From: Pseudomonadota bacterium
Lineage (GTDB): Bacteria; Bdellovibrionota; Bdellovibrionia; Bdellovibrionales; SG-bin7
DNA: 64,000 bases
Assembly (NCBI GenBank): GCA_034439715.1
Contig: JAWXAY010000100.1
Location: forward strand, 55,353 to 119,352
Direction of reading: 5' to 3'
The notes beneath the pieces were generated by a model. The model saw nothing but the letters and a program-made list of their open reading frames with translations. It was not told the origin of the DNA and did not search any database. The translations under genes were made by a program, and so were the position numbers. Positions 1 to 9,899 of the stretch are shown piece by piece; position 1 is the stretch's first letter; each line of letters opens with the position of its first letter.

Positions 1-370
1 CGCGGTGAACTTTGCTTTGTTTTGGAAGGCTTATCCTTATCTCAGTTATGTAGACAAAAATAAGTTTCATAGCAGATCAAACGGTTTATCTAACTATCCC
101 CCTGGCATTTTGGGTTCAACGACAATCGACAATAAATTTTTTGGATTGGGCTATACCGACTCTCCTATAGGATTTCCAAGTATTTTTTCGGCATTTATGT
201 ACTACCAAAATAAAGTCACAAGAACAACCTTGGTTCGATTTTCACTCTCTCGCTCGGGTGTTTCAATGAACTCCGTAATTACTGAGGTCGTATTTGAAAA
301 AATCGCTCAATTGAAGGATATATTTAAATTGAAAGCAAAGGCCCTGCCATCCTGCCACGGAATCTTCTAA
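1..370 (+). CDS. hypothetical protein, probably 5'-truncated by the window edge
   Basis: Frame is open from position 2 to TAA at 370; no recognised motif. Confidence 0.4.
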   Translation, partial: AVNFALFWKAYPYLSYVDKNKFHSRSNGLSNYPPGILGSTTIDNKFFGLGYTDSPIGFPSIFSAFMYYQNKVTRTTLVRFSLSRSGVSMNSVITEVVFEKIAQLKDIFKLKAKALPSCHGIF

Positions 371-801
371 TTTCCTAACGTACAGAAAAAACTTCGACGT
401 TTGAATTCTTTTTCTCCACCATCGTTATCATAAAAACCAAAAGATATTGGCGTGTGATCTTTGTCGATATTTAGGGTAGCCATTGCCTTAGTCGCGCCAA
501 TATCGGTGGAATCTGCTTGATTGGGTTTTATGGTACTTCCGGTATACATTTCTGGCACAGATCTAAAAGCGGTGTTTAGCTGCTCTATTGGATGAGTGAG
601 ACTAAATAAATCCTGGCTATAACTGAAAGTAACTTTAATCTGATGATTTGTTAGTAGTGATTCTTTCTCATTTTTTACTTCAATGATATTGACCCAACAA
701 GGACTTTGATAATTATCAATTCCGGATAGTTTTCCTGTTTGAATGGCGGCCACTGAGTACGAGCCGGATAAGATTAAAACACCAGTTAATATAAACTTCA
801 T
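367..801 (-). CDS. secreted hypothetical protein
   Basis: 144 aa with signal peptide MKFILTGVLILSGSYSVA; GAGG RBS upstream. Confidence 0.7.
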   Translation of the reverse strand: MKFILTGVLILSGSYSVAAIQTGKLSGIDNYQSPCWVNIIEVKNEKESLLTNHQIKVTFSYSQDLFSLTHPIEQLNTAFRSVPEMYTGSTIKPNQADSTDIGATKAMATLNIDKDHTPISFGFYDNDGGEKEFKRRSFFCTLGN

Positions 802-1016
802 TAGTCACCTCTTGGTGGACAAATCTATTGCAGGATATATGCCTGATTTTGAGAGGTTGAATAGAGATGAAAATCTGTAATTCAAATATAACATTTAGGA
901 GCGACAAAAATAGTCATCAGCGGTCAATTTGGGGTCGCTTAGGAGATTGCCTGGACTAAAGACTTTGACGCGGGCTGGCCGTTGTGATCAATGCTCCCAA
1001 ATGTCATAATTAAAAA

Positions 1017-2171
1017 ATGTATCCCATTTATATGGACAACCATGCGACCACGAGAGTTGATGAACGCGTTTTAGCAGTAATGTTGCCGTATTTTTGTGAA
1101 CACTATGGGAACTCCTCACTAACTATGCATCGCTATGCTCGGCGAGCGGAGAGTGCGGTAGATGGCGCTCGTCTTCAAGTAGCAAAAATCATAGGTGCGA
1201 CCAAAGACGAAATATTTTTTACTGGCACTGCAACCGAATCCATAAATCTGGCCATCAAAGGGGCTGCGTTTGCAAACAAAAATCATGGCGAGCACATCAT
1301 TACCTCGATGGCCGAACACAAGGCCGTACTAAATTCTTGCCAAAGCTTGGAGAAGCAGGGTTTTAAGGTGACTTACCTCAAGCCTGAAAGCGATGGGAGG
1401 ATTCTGCCCGAAAAAGTTTTTACAGCAATCACCGATAGAACCATATTAGTAACTTTGATGCTCGCGAACAATGAAAACGGTGTCATCCATGATGTAAAAA
1501 CAATTGGCAAGGAACTTTCGAAAAGAAAAATTTTATTTCACATCGACGCCGTCCAAGGAGTAGGAAAAATTCCTTTTGATGTGACATCTAGCCACTCCGA
1601 CTATGTATCCCTTTCTGCACACAAAATGTATGGCCCAAAGGGTGTTGCTGCCCTCTTTATTCGTAAAAATCCGAACACATTAATGGAGCCACTAACTGAT
1701 GGTGGTGGCCAAGAGCAGGGAATACGATCTGGAACTCACAATGTTTCAGGAATCGTAGGGTTTGGGGAGGCCTGTCGTATTGCGCAGGAAGAAATGCCTG
1801 AGGAGAGTCAGCGACTGCTTAATCTTCGCGAATCGTTGCATCAAAAAATAATTAGTCAGCTCGACGGTGTTTTTCTTAATGGCCCCCTGGAAAACCGGTT
1901 ACCTGGAAATCTCAATATGAGTTTTGCCGAAATTGAAGGAGATGTACTTCTCGCATCTCTCATAGAAATCGCAGTGTCCTCAGGTTCCGCTTGCTCTGCA
2001 GGTAATCAAAACAGCTCTCACGTTTTACGTGCCCAAGGCGTTCCTGACGATTTAGCTAAGGCCGCCATCCGCTTCGGGTTAGGTCGATATAACACTCAGG
2101 AGGAAGTCGACTTTGCCGCACAACTTGTTATACGCCATGTAAAGCGACTGCGCCAATTTTCTGCTTTCTAA
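1017..2171 (+). CDS. iscS: cysteine desulfurase (IscS/NifS group I)
   Basis: YMDNHATT start, PLP Lys in SAHKMYGPKG, catalytic Cys in SSGSACS. Confidence 0.92.
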   Translation: MYPIYMDNHATTRVDERVLAVMLPYFCEHYGNSSLTMHRYARRAESAVDGARLQVAKIIGATKDEIFFTGTATESINLAIKGAAFANKNHGEHIITSMAEHKAVLNSCQSLEKQGFKVTYLKPESDGRILPEKVFTAITDRTILVTLMLANNENGVIHDVKTIGKELSKRKILFHIDAVQGVGKIPFDVTSSHSDYVSLSAHKMYGPKGVAALFIRKNPNTLMEPLTDGGGQEQGIRSGTHNVSGIVGFGEACRIAQEEMPEESQRLLNLRESLHQKIISQLDGVFLNGPLENRLPGNLNMSFAEIEGDVLLASLIEIAVSSGSACSAGNQNSSHVLRAQGVPDDLAKAAIRFGLGRYNTQEEVDFAAQLVIRHVKRLRQFSAF

Positions 2172-2995
2172 AATTTTTCGATAACTGAGGCGTGTAGTTT
2201 CTTATTCTCACCGGACAGATTATGCACAAAATAAACGTCTTCCCCAACTTGATAAGCTTTTGTCTGCACGTAACATTCATCAAATAGAAAGTAAGCTTTT
2301 TTAAGTTCGGCATTTATTTTCTTTAGGGGATGACTAAGGCCTTTAAGAAGAGAATCTCCTTTGTCAGTATTTGCTTGAACTAGATTTTCGCGTCCTCTTC
2401 CAACGATACCCATGAGCTCTACGAAACACCATTGATCAGCAACTTCGCAAAGGTGGCGGTGAATTGTAAGTGAAATATTCCCCTCAGCTAAGATCTCCCC
2501 CGACGTTTCAATTTCGCTGAGAAGCACAGGAACAACCCTATCTGGTGTGGTATCATCTATTTCATCTGGTCGAAGTTTTTTTAGTAAGGACCCCTCAACT
2601 TTGCCAGTAACCCCGGCTAAAGAGGCATCTAAGTGCGCAACTTTAAGTGCAAATAAAAGTATTTTAACTTTAGCAATTTGTTTTTCCGCAGTTCTGAACT
2701 CTATATTAAAATCTAAGAGTGTTCCATTTTTGCGAAGGGTGGCACCCTTAACTTCGACAGTAAAACCATCATCGTCAAAAAAATCAACTCGGTCTTGATA
2801 AGCTATATCGATACCAACGATTACCCAACTCAGCCCGTGATTTTTAACTCCATCCCGAAAGCTAACAAAGTGTGTTCGCAGCCACCCCCACATAACATTA
2901 AAACTGACAGATAATAAGGAGCGCGATTGAAATTGATGGGGAGTGAATTGGCTCGTATCAAATGGGTAGTCGACAGTATGTGAACGCGGCATCAA
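2168..2995 (-). CDS. putative double hot-dog fold (thioesterase-like) protein
   Basis: WVIVGIDIAY..FTVEV and LKKINAELKK..F strand patterns resemble acyl-thioesterase hot-dog domains; last gene of the ACAD-MoaD operon. Confidence 0.5.
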   Translation of the reverse strand: MMPRSHTVDYPFDTSQFTPHQFQSRSLLSVSFNVMWGWLRTHFVSFRDGVKNHGLSWVIVGIDIAYQDRVDFFDDDGFTVEVKGATLRKNGTLLDFNIEFRTAEKQIAKVKILLFALKVAHLDASLAGVTGKVEGSLLKKLRPDEIDDTTPDRVVPVLLSEIETSGEILAEGNISLTIHRHLCEVADQWCFVELMGIVGRGRENLVQANTDKGDSLLKGLSHPLKKINAELKKAYFLFDECYVQTKAYQVGEDVYFVHNLSGENKKLHASVIEKF

Positions 2996-2998
2996 CGA

Positions 2999-3268
2999 TT
3001 ATCCTCCTGCAATCGCTGTTAAAATTTCTAAACAGTCCGTTTCTTGCAATTGGCGCTTCATATCTTCAGGTAGAAGTTGCTCACCATTTAAAAATAACTG
3101 GTGGGCACCTCTCACGCTGCCATGGGTATCATAGAGAATAGATTTTAACGTCGGATAAGTTGTCGTCAAAGAATCGAGAGCCGCCGTGATGGTACGAGCT
3201 TCACCAATGATATGCTCCTTTTTATAACCTACAAATCGCAACAGAGTTCCTGAAAGTTTAACTATCAT
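2999..3268 (-). CDS. MoaD/ThiS family ubiquitin-like sulfur carrier
   Basis: 89 aa; LFLNGE and C-terminal AIAGG di-glycine. Confidence 0.9.
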   Translation of the reverse strand: MIVKLSGTLLRFVGYKKEHIIGEARTITAALDSLTTTYPTLKSILYDTHGSVRGAHQLFLNGEQLLPEDMKRQLQETDCLEILTAIAGG

Positions 3269-4410
3269 GGTGCCTTCTTCCTGTGTTGTCTTTGTTCAAA
3301 ATTATGTGTGGCCCACACGCCAAGATCGACTTCAATGGTATCTTGGGCTCCAACGGTAGGGATTAGACCCGTAAAATCTCGTTGAAATCTTCCATACTGT
3401 TGGTCCTGAATATAACCTTTGCCCCCTGCCAATCGAAATACCTGTAGCATGAATTGGTTAGCTTGATCGACGATATGATATTTCGTAGCAGTCAAGAATG
3501 GATCCCAAAGGGGTTCAATATTTTTGTCTCTTAATTTTTCTAATGCACGATAAAGCATGGCCCGGCTTGTCTCGATAGAAACATACATCTTTCCTAAGAG
3601 AGATTGGACATTTTGCATGACTGTTAGGGGCCGCTCATATCGGGTGGTGCCTATCAGATTATTCATCAGGTCGTCGTAGATCGACTGCATTTTTCCAACC
3701 AGGCCACAAATGACAGAGATTCTTCTTAGGTTTAAAAAACGCTGAACGTGGCTGAGTCCATCAGCTGGTGTTAATATTCGGTTGGCATCCAGTACTATGT
3801 TATTGAACTTGAGCCCCGCCAGACCTACAGAGCGAAGGCCACTCATTGTGGTGAGTGGAATAATTTCAAGCCCGTCATCATCGCGTTCAATAAGAAAGGT
3901 AAGAAGATCATTTTTTTCGTCTCGTACGTAAACCATAAAGAGATCGGCCTGCATTCCGCCCATGACATAAAATTTTTCGCCATTTATAATATATTTATCG
4001 CCTTTTTTTTCGCACGAGGAGCGAAAAGAGAAAGGATCAGCCCCCTCTGTATAAGCAAATGAAGCTAAGCACTTGCCATGAACTGCAGGACGCAAGTAGC
4101 GCTCAATCATCCAAGGCGTCGCTGTTTCTTGAATTGTATTGGCAACAGCTGGAAAAAGTGAACTGAGCATAACAAAGGAAAAATCGGTGCTGTGTTTTCC
4201 TAAATCTTCTAAGAGTAGCCCATAACTCAATGGATCCAGGCCACCTCCACCAATATTTTTAGAAAGTGAAGCAGAAAATAGACCTAACTCTGCGGACTCG
4301 ATAAATATATCTTTGGGGATGGGAGTTGCCAACTGATCTCGGGTAATAACATGGCGATTAACTTGTTCATCAAGAAAAGATCTCATCTTGGGATTTAGAG
4401 CACTTTTCAT
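3265..4410 (-). CDS. acyl-CoA dehydrogenase family flavoprotein (atypical)
   Basis: SFAYTEG, YIINGEKFYV, GLRS and LAGGKGY..RFQRD motifs; start uncertain (TTG at 4452 possible). Confidence 0.85.
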   Translation of the reverse strand: MKSALNPKMRSFLDEQVNRHVITRDQLATPIPKDIFIESAELGLFSASLSKNIGGGGLDPLSYGLLLEDLGKHSTDFSFVMLSSLFPAVANTIQETATPWMIERYLRPAVHGKCLASFAYTEGADPFSFRSSCEKKGDKYIINGEKFYVMGGMQADLFMVYVRDEKNDLLTFLIERDDDGLEIIPLTTMSGLRSVGLAGLKFNNIVLDANRILTPADGLSHVQRFLNLRRISVICGLVGKMQSIYDDLMNNLIGTTRYERPLTVMQNVQSLLGKMYVSIETSRAMLYRALEKLRDKNIEPLWDPFLTATKYHIVDQANQFMLQVFRLAGGKGYIQDQQYGRFQRDFTGLIPTVGAQDTIEVDLGVWATHNFEQRQHRKKAP

Positions 4411-4517
4411 ATGAAAATTTATCGGGAAAGAATCAGGGGAACGGTAGGCCAAATCTGATGCCCAACATCAATGGGAAAACTGTAAAGTTTTGGTTACTTA
4501 TGACGATAGAACGGAGT

Positions 4518-5678
4518 ATGCCCAGACCTTTATCCAGCACAGCGTTAAAACTCTCAAAAGAAGAAGTGCGTCGTTACAGTCGACATCTCTTAATGCCCCA
4601 GGTGAAAATGGAAGGTCAGCTCAAACTAAAAGCGGCACGTGTATTGATTATCGGCACGGGCGGTTTGGGTGCGCCGTTAGGGTTATATTTAGCTGCGGCT
4701 GGAATAGGAATGCTAGGCTTGGTTGATTTCGATGTGGTCGATGCTAGTAACCTCCAGCGACAAGTTATATTTACCAATGATGATATCGGTCGCCCCAAGG
4801 TAGAGGCGGCACGTGACCACCTTTCAAAACTAAATCATTACATAGAAATCATGTCGTATAATGAACTCTTCACAAGTCAAAATGCCCTCCGTATTATGCA
4901 GGAATACGATGTGATCGTAGATGCGACTGATAATTTTCCGACAAGATACTTAATTAACGATGCCTGTGTGTTTACGCAGAAGCCCTATGTTTATGGGAGT
5001 ATTTTTCAACATGAAGGACAGGTCACGGTTTTTGCGAAAAGTGATGGTCCCTGTTACCGCTGTTTGTTTCCGGAACCACCGCCGCCGGGAATGGTACCCA
5101 GTTGTGCCGAGGGGGGAGTGCTGGGAGTTTTGCCAGGAATCATTGGTTCCCTTCAAGCCAATGAAGCTCTCAATTTAATTTTAAATATTGGTGAGGGCCT
5201 AGCGGGCAGGCTTGTGAGGTTTGATGCTATCAATGTTCGTTTCAAAGAACTAAAAATTAAAAAAAACCCAAACTGTCCTGTCTGCGGAGCGAATCCTTCG
5301 ATTACCAAGCTTATCGACTATGAAGAGTTTTGTGGATTGTCCGATAAAAATGCCACTCACGAAGGCCAAGAAATTGAACCTATCCTACTAAAGCAATGGT
5401 TAGACCGAAACGAACAGGTGTCCCTAGTCGATGTAAGGGAACCCGGCGAGTACGAAATTTGTAATTTGGGCGGACAACTAATACCTTTATATGAAATACC
5501 ATTGCGGATGCACGAATTTGATTCGAGCCTGCGAATTGTTATTTTATGTAGTGGTGGCCAGCGGTCAGCCCGTGCCGTAGAGTTATTACGAAAATCTGGT
5601 TTTAAAAATGTTTGGAATTTAAAAGGTGGTTTGTTTGCGTGGAGTGACCAGATTGACCCGACTTTTGTGAAATATTGA
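4518..5678 (+). CDS. moeB: MoeB/MoeZ sulfur-carrier adenylyltransferase with C-terminal rhodanese domain
   Basis: RYSRH, GTGGLG, SNLQRQ, CYRC/CPVC Zn sites, PSCAEGG, rhodanese CSGGQRS; start uncertain (4458-4518). Confidence 0.92.
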   Translation: MPRPLSSTALKLSKEEVRRYSRHLLMPQVKMEGQLKLKAARVLIIGTGGLGAPLGLYLAAAGIGMLGLVDFDVVDASNLQRQVIFTNDDIGRPKVEAARDHLSKLNHYIEIMSYNELFTSQNALRIMQEYDVIVDATDNFPTRYLINDACVFTQKPYVYGSIFQHEGQVTVFAKSDGPCYRCLFPEPPPPGMVPSCAEGGVLGVLPGIIGSLQANEALNLILNIGEGLAGRLVRFDAINVRFKELKIKKNPNCPVCGANPSITKLIDYEEFCGLSDKNATHEGQEIEPILLKQWLDRNEQVSLVDVREPGEYEICNLGGQLIPLYEIPLRMHEFDSSLRIVILCSGGQRSARAVELLRKSGFKNVWNLKGGLFAWSDQIDPTFVKY

Positions 5679-5683
5679 TTTTA

Positions 5684-6364
5684 TTAGGGCTTACCCGAAA
5701 GCACTCTTGTGCCTAAAGGCTTTGACGAACCACCCTTTGGTTCACGAGTAATTAAGATCGAAGAAAGTTTTTTAGGATCTGATATTGGTAATTCCTCCAA
5801 TTTGAAAACTTTTAATTCTGGAGAGTCGACAGAAAAACTCATTAGATTTAGATTTACGGAGCCCTGTTGAACCATCCATAGCTGATATTCCGAGGTGTCG
5901 GCGTTGGATTTAAGGCCCGATACCAACAGGCTCGCTGTCTTAAGGCCGGGTACCCAAAAAAATTTGCCATTAGCTTTAGATTCAGGGTCAGAAGTTATCA
6001 ACGGTATAATTTTGAGTTTTGAAGAATCCAGAATTGCGGTGAGTTCGCTAAACTTTTTACTTAAAGTCTCGAGATTTTCAATTTTGACTTGATCTTGAGC
6101 GGATTTCTCACTCGCCGCTGCTATCTGTTGTTCCATCCCCTTGGATTTTTGCCCAATTTGATCCAACTCGGACTGCAGTTGGTCAACTTCACTTTTTCTA
6201 TTTAAAAGTTCTGAGCTTAAGTTGCCCAGCTGATTCCTTAACTCTCGAGCGCCCGTCACATAGTGTAAAGCAACAAACAGACACACTATAGCCAAAAAGT
6301 ATCCTATAAAAATGGGACTCATAAGGCCTTTTAGTTTTTCAAACTTCTTTACTATTTCGTTCAT
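5684..6364 (-). CDS. anti-sigma-K (RskA-like) domain membrane protein
   Basis: TM helix, coiled coil, then EYQLW and ITREPKGGSSKP motifs of the RskA C-terminal domain. Confidence 0.7.
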   Translation of the reverse strand: MNEIVKKFEKLKGLMSPIFIGYFLAIVCLFVALHYVTGARELRNQLGNLSSELLNRKSEVDQLQSELDQIGQKSKGMEQQIAAASEKSAQDQVKIENLETLSKKFSELTAILDSSKLKIIPLITSDPESKANGKFFWVPGLKTASLLVSGLKSNADTSEYQLWMVQQGSVNLNLMSFSVDSPELKVFKLEELPISDPKKLSSILITREPKGGSSKPLGTRVLSGKP

Positions 6365-6765
6365 TGAATTGTGGGGACCACCGAGAATTTCATCTCATTT
6401 TTATCGCCATTAGACGAACCTACGGTAATTTCTGCTTCACCCCCATCAAGAGCAAAAATCTGAGGGGTAGAAATAATTTTTTTCTTACCATCTATCGTCT
6501 GACTTATGACGAAATTCATATTGATGCCTGCGATTGCGTCGACCTTTGTTTGTTTGGCATGAACTTCAATAAAGGTCTCATTGAACTCATTTATTTCTGT
6601 CGCGCGCTGCGAGATCATAGCTTTTTCTCCATCTAAAACCACGACGACGGGAGCAGACACATCTCGACCATCGATCGTAAGTTTCATGTCAAGTTTTATC
6701 GATTTTGTCGCAGAAAACGCAAAGGAAGACGCAAAAAGAACGGCTAAAGTTAAAATATGTTTCAT
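6361..6765 (-). CDS. secreted hypothetical protein
   Basis: Signal peptide; beta-rich with duplicated sP.v...dG..A.I motif; GGAGG RBS. Confidence 0.7.
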   Translation of the reverse strand: MKHILTLAVLFASSFAFSATKSIKLDMKLTIDGRDVSAPVVVVLDGEKAMISQRATEINEFNETFIEVHAKQTKVDAIAGINMNFVISQTIDGKKKIISTPQIFALDGGEAEITVGSSNGDKNEMKFSVVPTIQ

Positions 6766-6866
6766 AGGGCCTCCGACTTATGATTGTCCGAATTGCACTA
6801 AGCTATTGTCAACAACGATCTTTATTAGTACAGTGAATGTTCTATCTTTTAGGGGAGCTATCACTA

Positions 6867-7655
6867 GTGCCAGCCGTTTTCATAGGTCACGGATCGCCCG
6901 CCATCGCTCTTGAGAAAGACGAATTTAACAGCAGTCTCCTAAAATTTTTTTCAAATTTAAAGCCCATGCCCAAAGCAATAATTGCACTTTCAGCCCACTG
7001 GCTGACCCAGGGAAATGAAATTCTAGTAACTGGTAAGTCTCAACTGAACAGCATATACGACTTCTTTGGTTTTCCGGCCCCGCTTTATGATTTAAAGTAC
7101 GAACCACAGGGAGATTTTCAGCTGGCCGAAAAAATTCAGGCAGAATTAGAAAAAAACGGGTTCGAGTGTAGTATAGATTTTAATCGCGGAATTGATCATG
7201 GCGTTTGGATACCACTATTAATTGGTAGACCACAGTGTGATTTTTCAGTTGTTGAGGTTTCTATACCAAATACCGACGATGCGAAAATACACTTTAAATT
7301 GGGTCAGTCGTTGGGAGCGCTATTAACAGACGAGGTTCTGTTACTTGGCAGTGGCAACTTAATTCATAATTTAGGAGAGGTATATTGGGATGAACCTCGT
7401 GGCGAGCCAATTCCGTGGGCTCAAGATTTTGAAAATTGGTTTTTTGACACCCTTAAAACTGGTGATTGGGAAAAATTATTTAATTGGCGACAAGAGGTCA
7501 GCGACCCGTCAAGAATTCATCCCAGTCCTGAACATTTTTACCCTGTATTTTCGGTGTTGGGTGCTTGTCAAAAACGAGAATCCTTAAAATTCATTTATCA
7601 GGGCTTTCATAATCGCTCGGTCTCCATGACCAGCTTTAGTTTTGATTTAGTTTAA
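6867..7655 (+). CDS. 4,5-DOPA extradiol dioxygenase family protein (LigB/YgiD)
   Basis: FIGHGSP, SAHW, YDFFGFP, DHGVW, GSGNLIHNL, HPSPEHFYP; GTG start after GGGGAG. Confidence 0.9.
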   Translation: MPAVFIGHGSPAIALEKDEFNSSLLKFFSNLKPMPKAIIALSAHWLTQGNEILVTGKSQLNSIYDFFGFPAPLYDLKYEPQGDFQLAEKIQAELEKNGFECSIDFNRGIDHGVWIPLLIGRPQCDFSVVEVSIPNTDDAKIHFKLGQSLGALLTDEVLLLGSGNLIHNLGEVYWDEPRGEPIPWAQDFENWFFDTLKTGDWEKLFNWRQEVSDPSRIHPSPEHFYPVFSVLGACQKRESLKFIYQGFHNRSVSMTSFSFDLV

Positions 7656-8138
7656 TTCGTCGTAGCCAAAAATGCTAATTTTGGGTTCTTGCAGGGTTTC
7701 GTCGGTATAATTTATTTGCCACATTAGGCGACCCATGGTGTTCCGATAGATAAACCATTGTTGGCTAAAGGAAATAATTTTATTGCCATCGATTAATTTG
7801 CCATAGGTCTTAACATAAAGTTGGCGATCCTTACATTGGGCGACTTCATAAACATCTTTGTAAAGGGCACCCAAATCTTTTGGTTGGGGATGCCCACTAG
7901 CTATTAGCTTCCAGTTCCAAACAGGTCCGTTTACCGAGGGCATCACGAGATTATAGACTTTATCGTCGCCTAACATATGCGTAGATATTTGCAGTTCGGC
8001 AGCTGTGGTCGATGGATACGTCTGCTTAAACTTTCCTTCAACATTGGGGCAAGTGTGGTCCGAAGTAAAGGCCGAAGAAAAAAACAGTGGAACAAAACCA
8101 AAAGTAACTACGACCATTGCGTTTTTTAATAGATTCAT
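7647..8138 (-). CDS. secreted hypothetical protein
   Basis: Signal-like N-terminus after AGGAG RBS; CPNVEGKF motif. Confidence 0.65.
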   Translation of the reverse strand: MNLLKNAMVVVTFGFVPLFFSSAFTSDHTCPNVEGKFKQTYPSTTAAELQISTHMLGDDKVYNLVMPSVNGPVWNWKLIASGHPQPKDLGALYKDVYEVAQCKDRQLYVKTYGKLIDGNKIISFSQQWFIYRNTMGRLMWQINYTDETLQEPKISIFGYDELN

Positions 8139-8348
8139 ATTGATCTCCTTCTGTGAATTAGACAACCATTTTATAGTTGAGATTTAGTAGACTTTCACTC
8201 TAGAACTGGCTATTAGTGCGCGTCGTTATGATGGGGCAAGATACCCCGAAATGCCTTCAAGTCCTGGATTTTACTTGCCACAAATCCAGCTCACTTGGCA
8301 TGATGAGCGGTGGCATCTACTTAATTTGGCCCTTGGGAGGAATTACTA

Positions 8349-9884
8349 GTGAGAGCAAGAATCACTGCTAAATATAAAGATAAAAAATTTTTTGGTCATC
8401 CGGCAGGACTTTGTATTTTATTTTGTGCCGAGATGTGGGAGCGAATGTCTTTCTATGGAATGAGAGCCTTGCTTGTTCTTTATATGGTAAAATATTTGTT
8501 TGTTGATCCCACCCGAATGGCAAATGTACTAGGATTCGATACATTAAGGTATATTCTTGAAACTGGATTTGGCCCACTTGAAAATCAGCCTTTTGCGTCG
8601 CACATTTACGGTCTCTATACTGGATTTGTTTATCTATCGCCTTTTTTTGGTGGGATTCTTGCTGACAAGATTTGGGGTAAACGAAAAAGTGTATATGTTG
8701 GTGGCGCATTAATGGCAATTGGTCACTTTTTAATGGCTTTTGAAAGTCTTTTTATTCCGGCCCTGTTCTTTTTGATTTTAGGTAATGGTGCTTTTAAACC
8801 AAATATCTCAACTCAGGTTGGTGCATTGTACAAAGCAGGGGACTCTCGTCGAGATGGAGCCTTTACAATATTCTATATGGGTATAAATCTCGGGGCTTTC
8901 TTCTCTCCATTCTTATGTAAAAACTTTGCTGTAAAGCTTTGTGAGTGGCTGGGTATTACAGATCCAGGTGCTCCGTGGCATCTTGGTTTTGCCCTTGCAG
9001 GAATTGGGATGCTTATTGGACTTTTTACTTATCACATCGGTCGTGGGCTGCTGCCTGAAGAAAACCTAACGACTCTCGCTCCTACGCCTAAGCGAAATCC
9101 CATATTATTAAAAACTGTTGGCGGACTCTTGGCTACCATGGCCGGCTTTTTAGCAATTCTTATGCTACCCGTTAAATATAAGGTTATAATTATTGTCGCA
9201 ACGGTCGCTGGAATTATTTATTCTATTAAGAGAATTGCAGATGCCGGTGATCGCGCTAAAGTAGGAGCGCTCGTAACACTGTGTACGGCTACGATTTTTT
9301 TCTGGGCGATATTTGAACAGCAGGGCAATGCACTGCAGATTTGGGCAGATGAAAAGGCTGATTGGGCAAGACTTGGTTTGGAAGCAGAAAATTATCAATC
9401 ACTTAATCCATTTTTTATTTTCTTATTTGCCCCACTTCTAGATATGTGGTGGACCTTTCGGGCCACAAAGGGCGCTAGATCAAGTTCAATGCGTAAAATG
9501 GCCGTTGGCTCAAGCTTAGCTGGTGCGGCTTTTCTCATTATTCCGTTGGCTACAAATTTCATTACAATTGATAAATCTTTAACAAATATGTTCTGGCTAG
9601 CACTAACAACATGGATGTTCACTATGGGTGAACTTTATCTTTCACCAATTGGCCTCAGTTTTGTTACAAAAGTCGCGCCGGTCAGGCTTATGTCAATGAT
9701 GATGGGCATGTGGTTTGTGTCGTCATTTATTGGTAATTATTTAGCAGGGTATTTGGGGACATTTTACAGTACCATGTCACAGACAAATTTTTTCATGCTC
9801 TTTGCAGTAATGGGTTTTGTAATCGGTGTGTTTTTCTTTATCTCGGAAAAGAAAATTCAAGGTATTGTAGGAAACGACGTTTAA
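8349..9884 (+). CDS. POT/PTR family proton-dependent oligopeptide transporter
   Basis: EMWERMSFYGM (ExxERFxYY-like), FKPNIS, FYMGINLG, YQSLNP, GELYLSPIG. Confidence 0.93.
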   Translation: MRARITAKYKDKKFFGHPAGLCILFCAEMWERMSFYGMRALLVLYMVKYLFVDPTRMANVLGFDTLRYILETGFGPLENQPFASHIYGLYTGFVYLSPFFGGILADKIWGKRKSVYVGGALMAIGHFLMAFESLFIPALFFLILGNGAFKPNISTQVGALYKAGDSRRDGAFTIFYMGINLGAFFSPFLCKNFAVKLCEWLGITDPGAPWHLGFALAGIGMLIGLFTYHIGRGLLPEENLTTLAPTPKRNPILLKTVGGLLATMAGFLAILMLPVKYKVIIIVATVAGIIYSIKRIADAGDRAKVGALVTLCTATIFFWAIFEQQGNALQIWADEKADWARLGLEAENYQSLNPFFIFLFAPLLDMWWTFRATKGARSSSMRKMAVGSSLAGAAFLIIPLATNFITIDKSLTNMFWLALTTWMFTMGELYLSPIGLSFVTKVAPVRLMSMMMGMWFVSSFIGNYLAGYLGTFYSTMSQTNFFMLFAVMGFVIGVFFFISEKKIQGIVGNDV

Positions 9885-9899
9885 TTGGAAATACGCCTC

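Noticed and set aside
814..832. sigma54-like TGGACA...TTGC
   Set aside because: GG-to-GC spacing is 11 rather than 10
2999..5678. Ubiquitin-like anti-phage system (Bil/CBASS E1-E2)
   Set aside because: No E2 or JAB gene, and the E1 is a classic MoeZ with rhodanese next to a cysteine desulfurase
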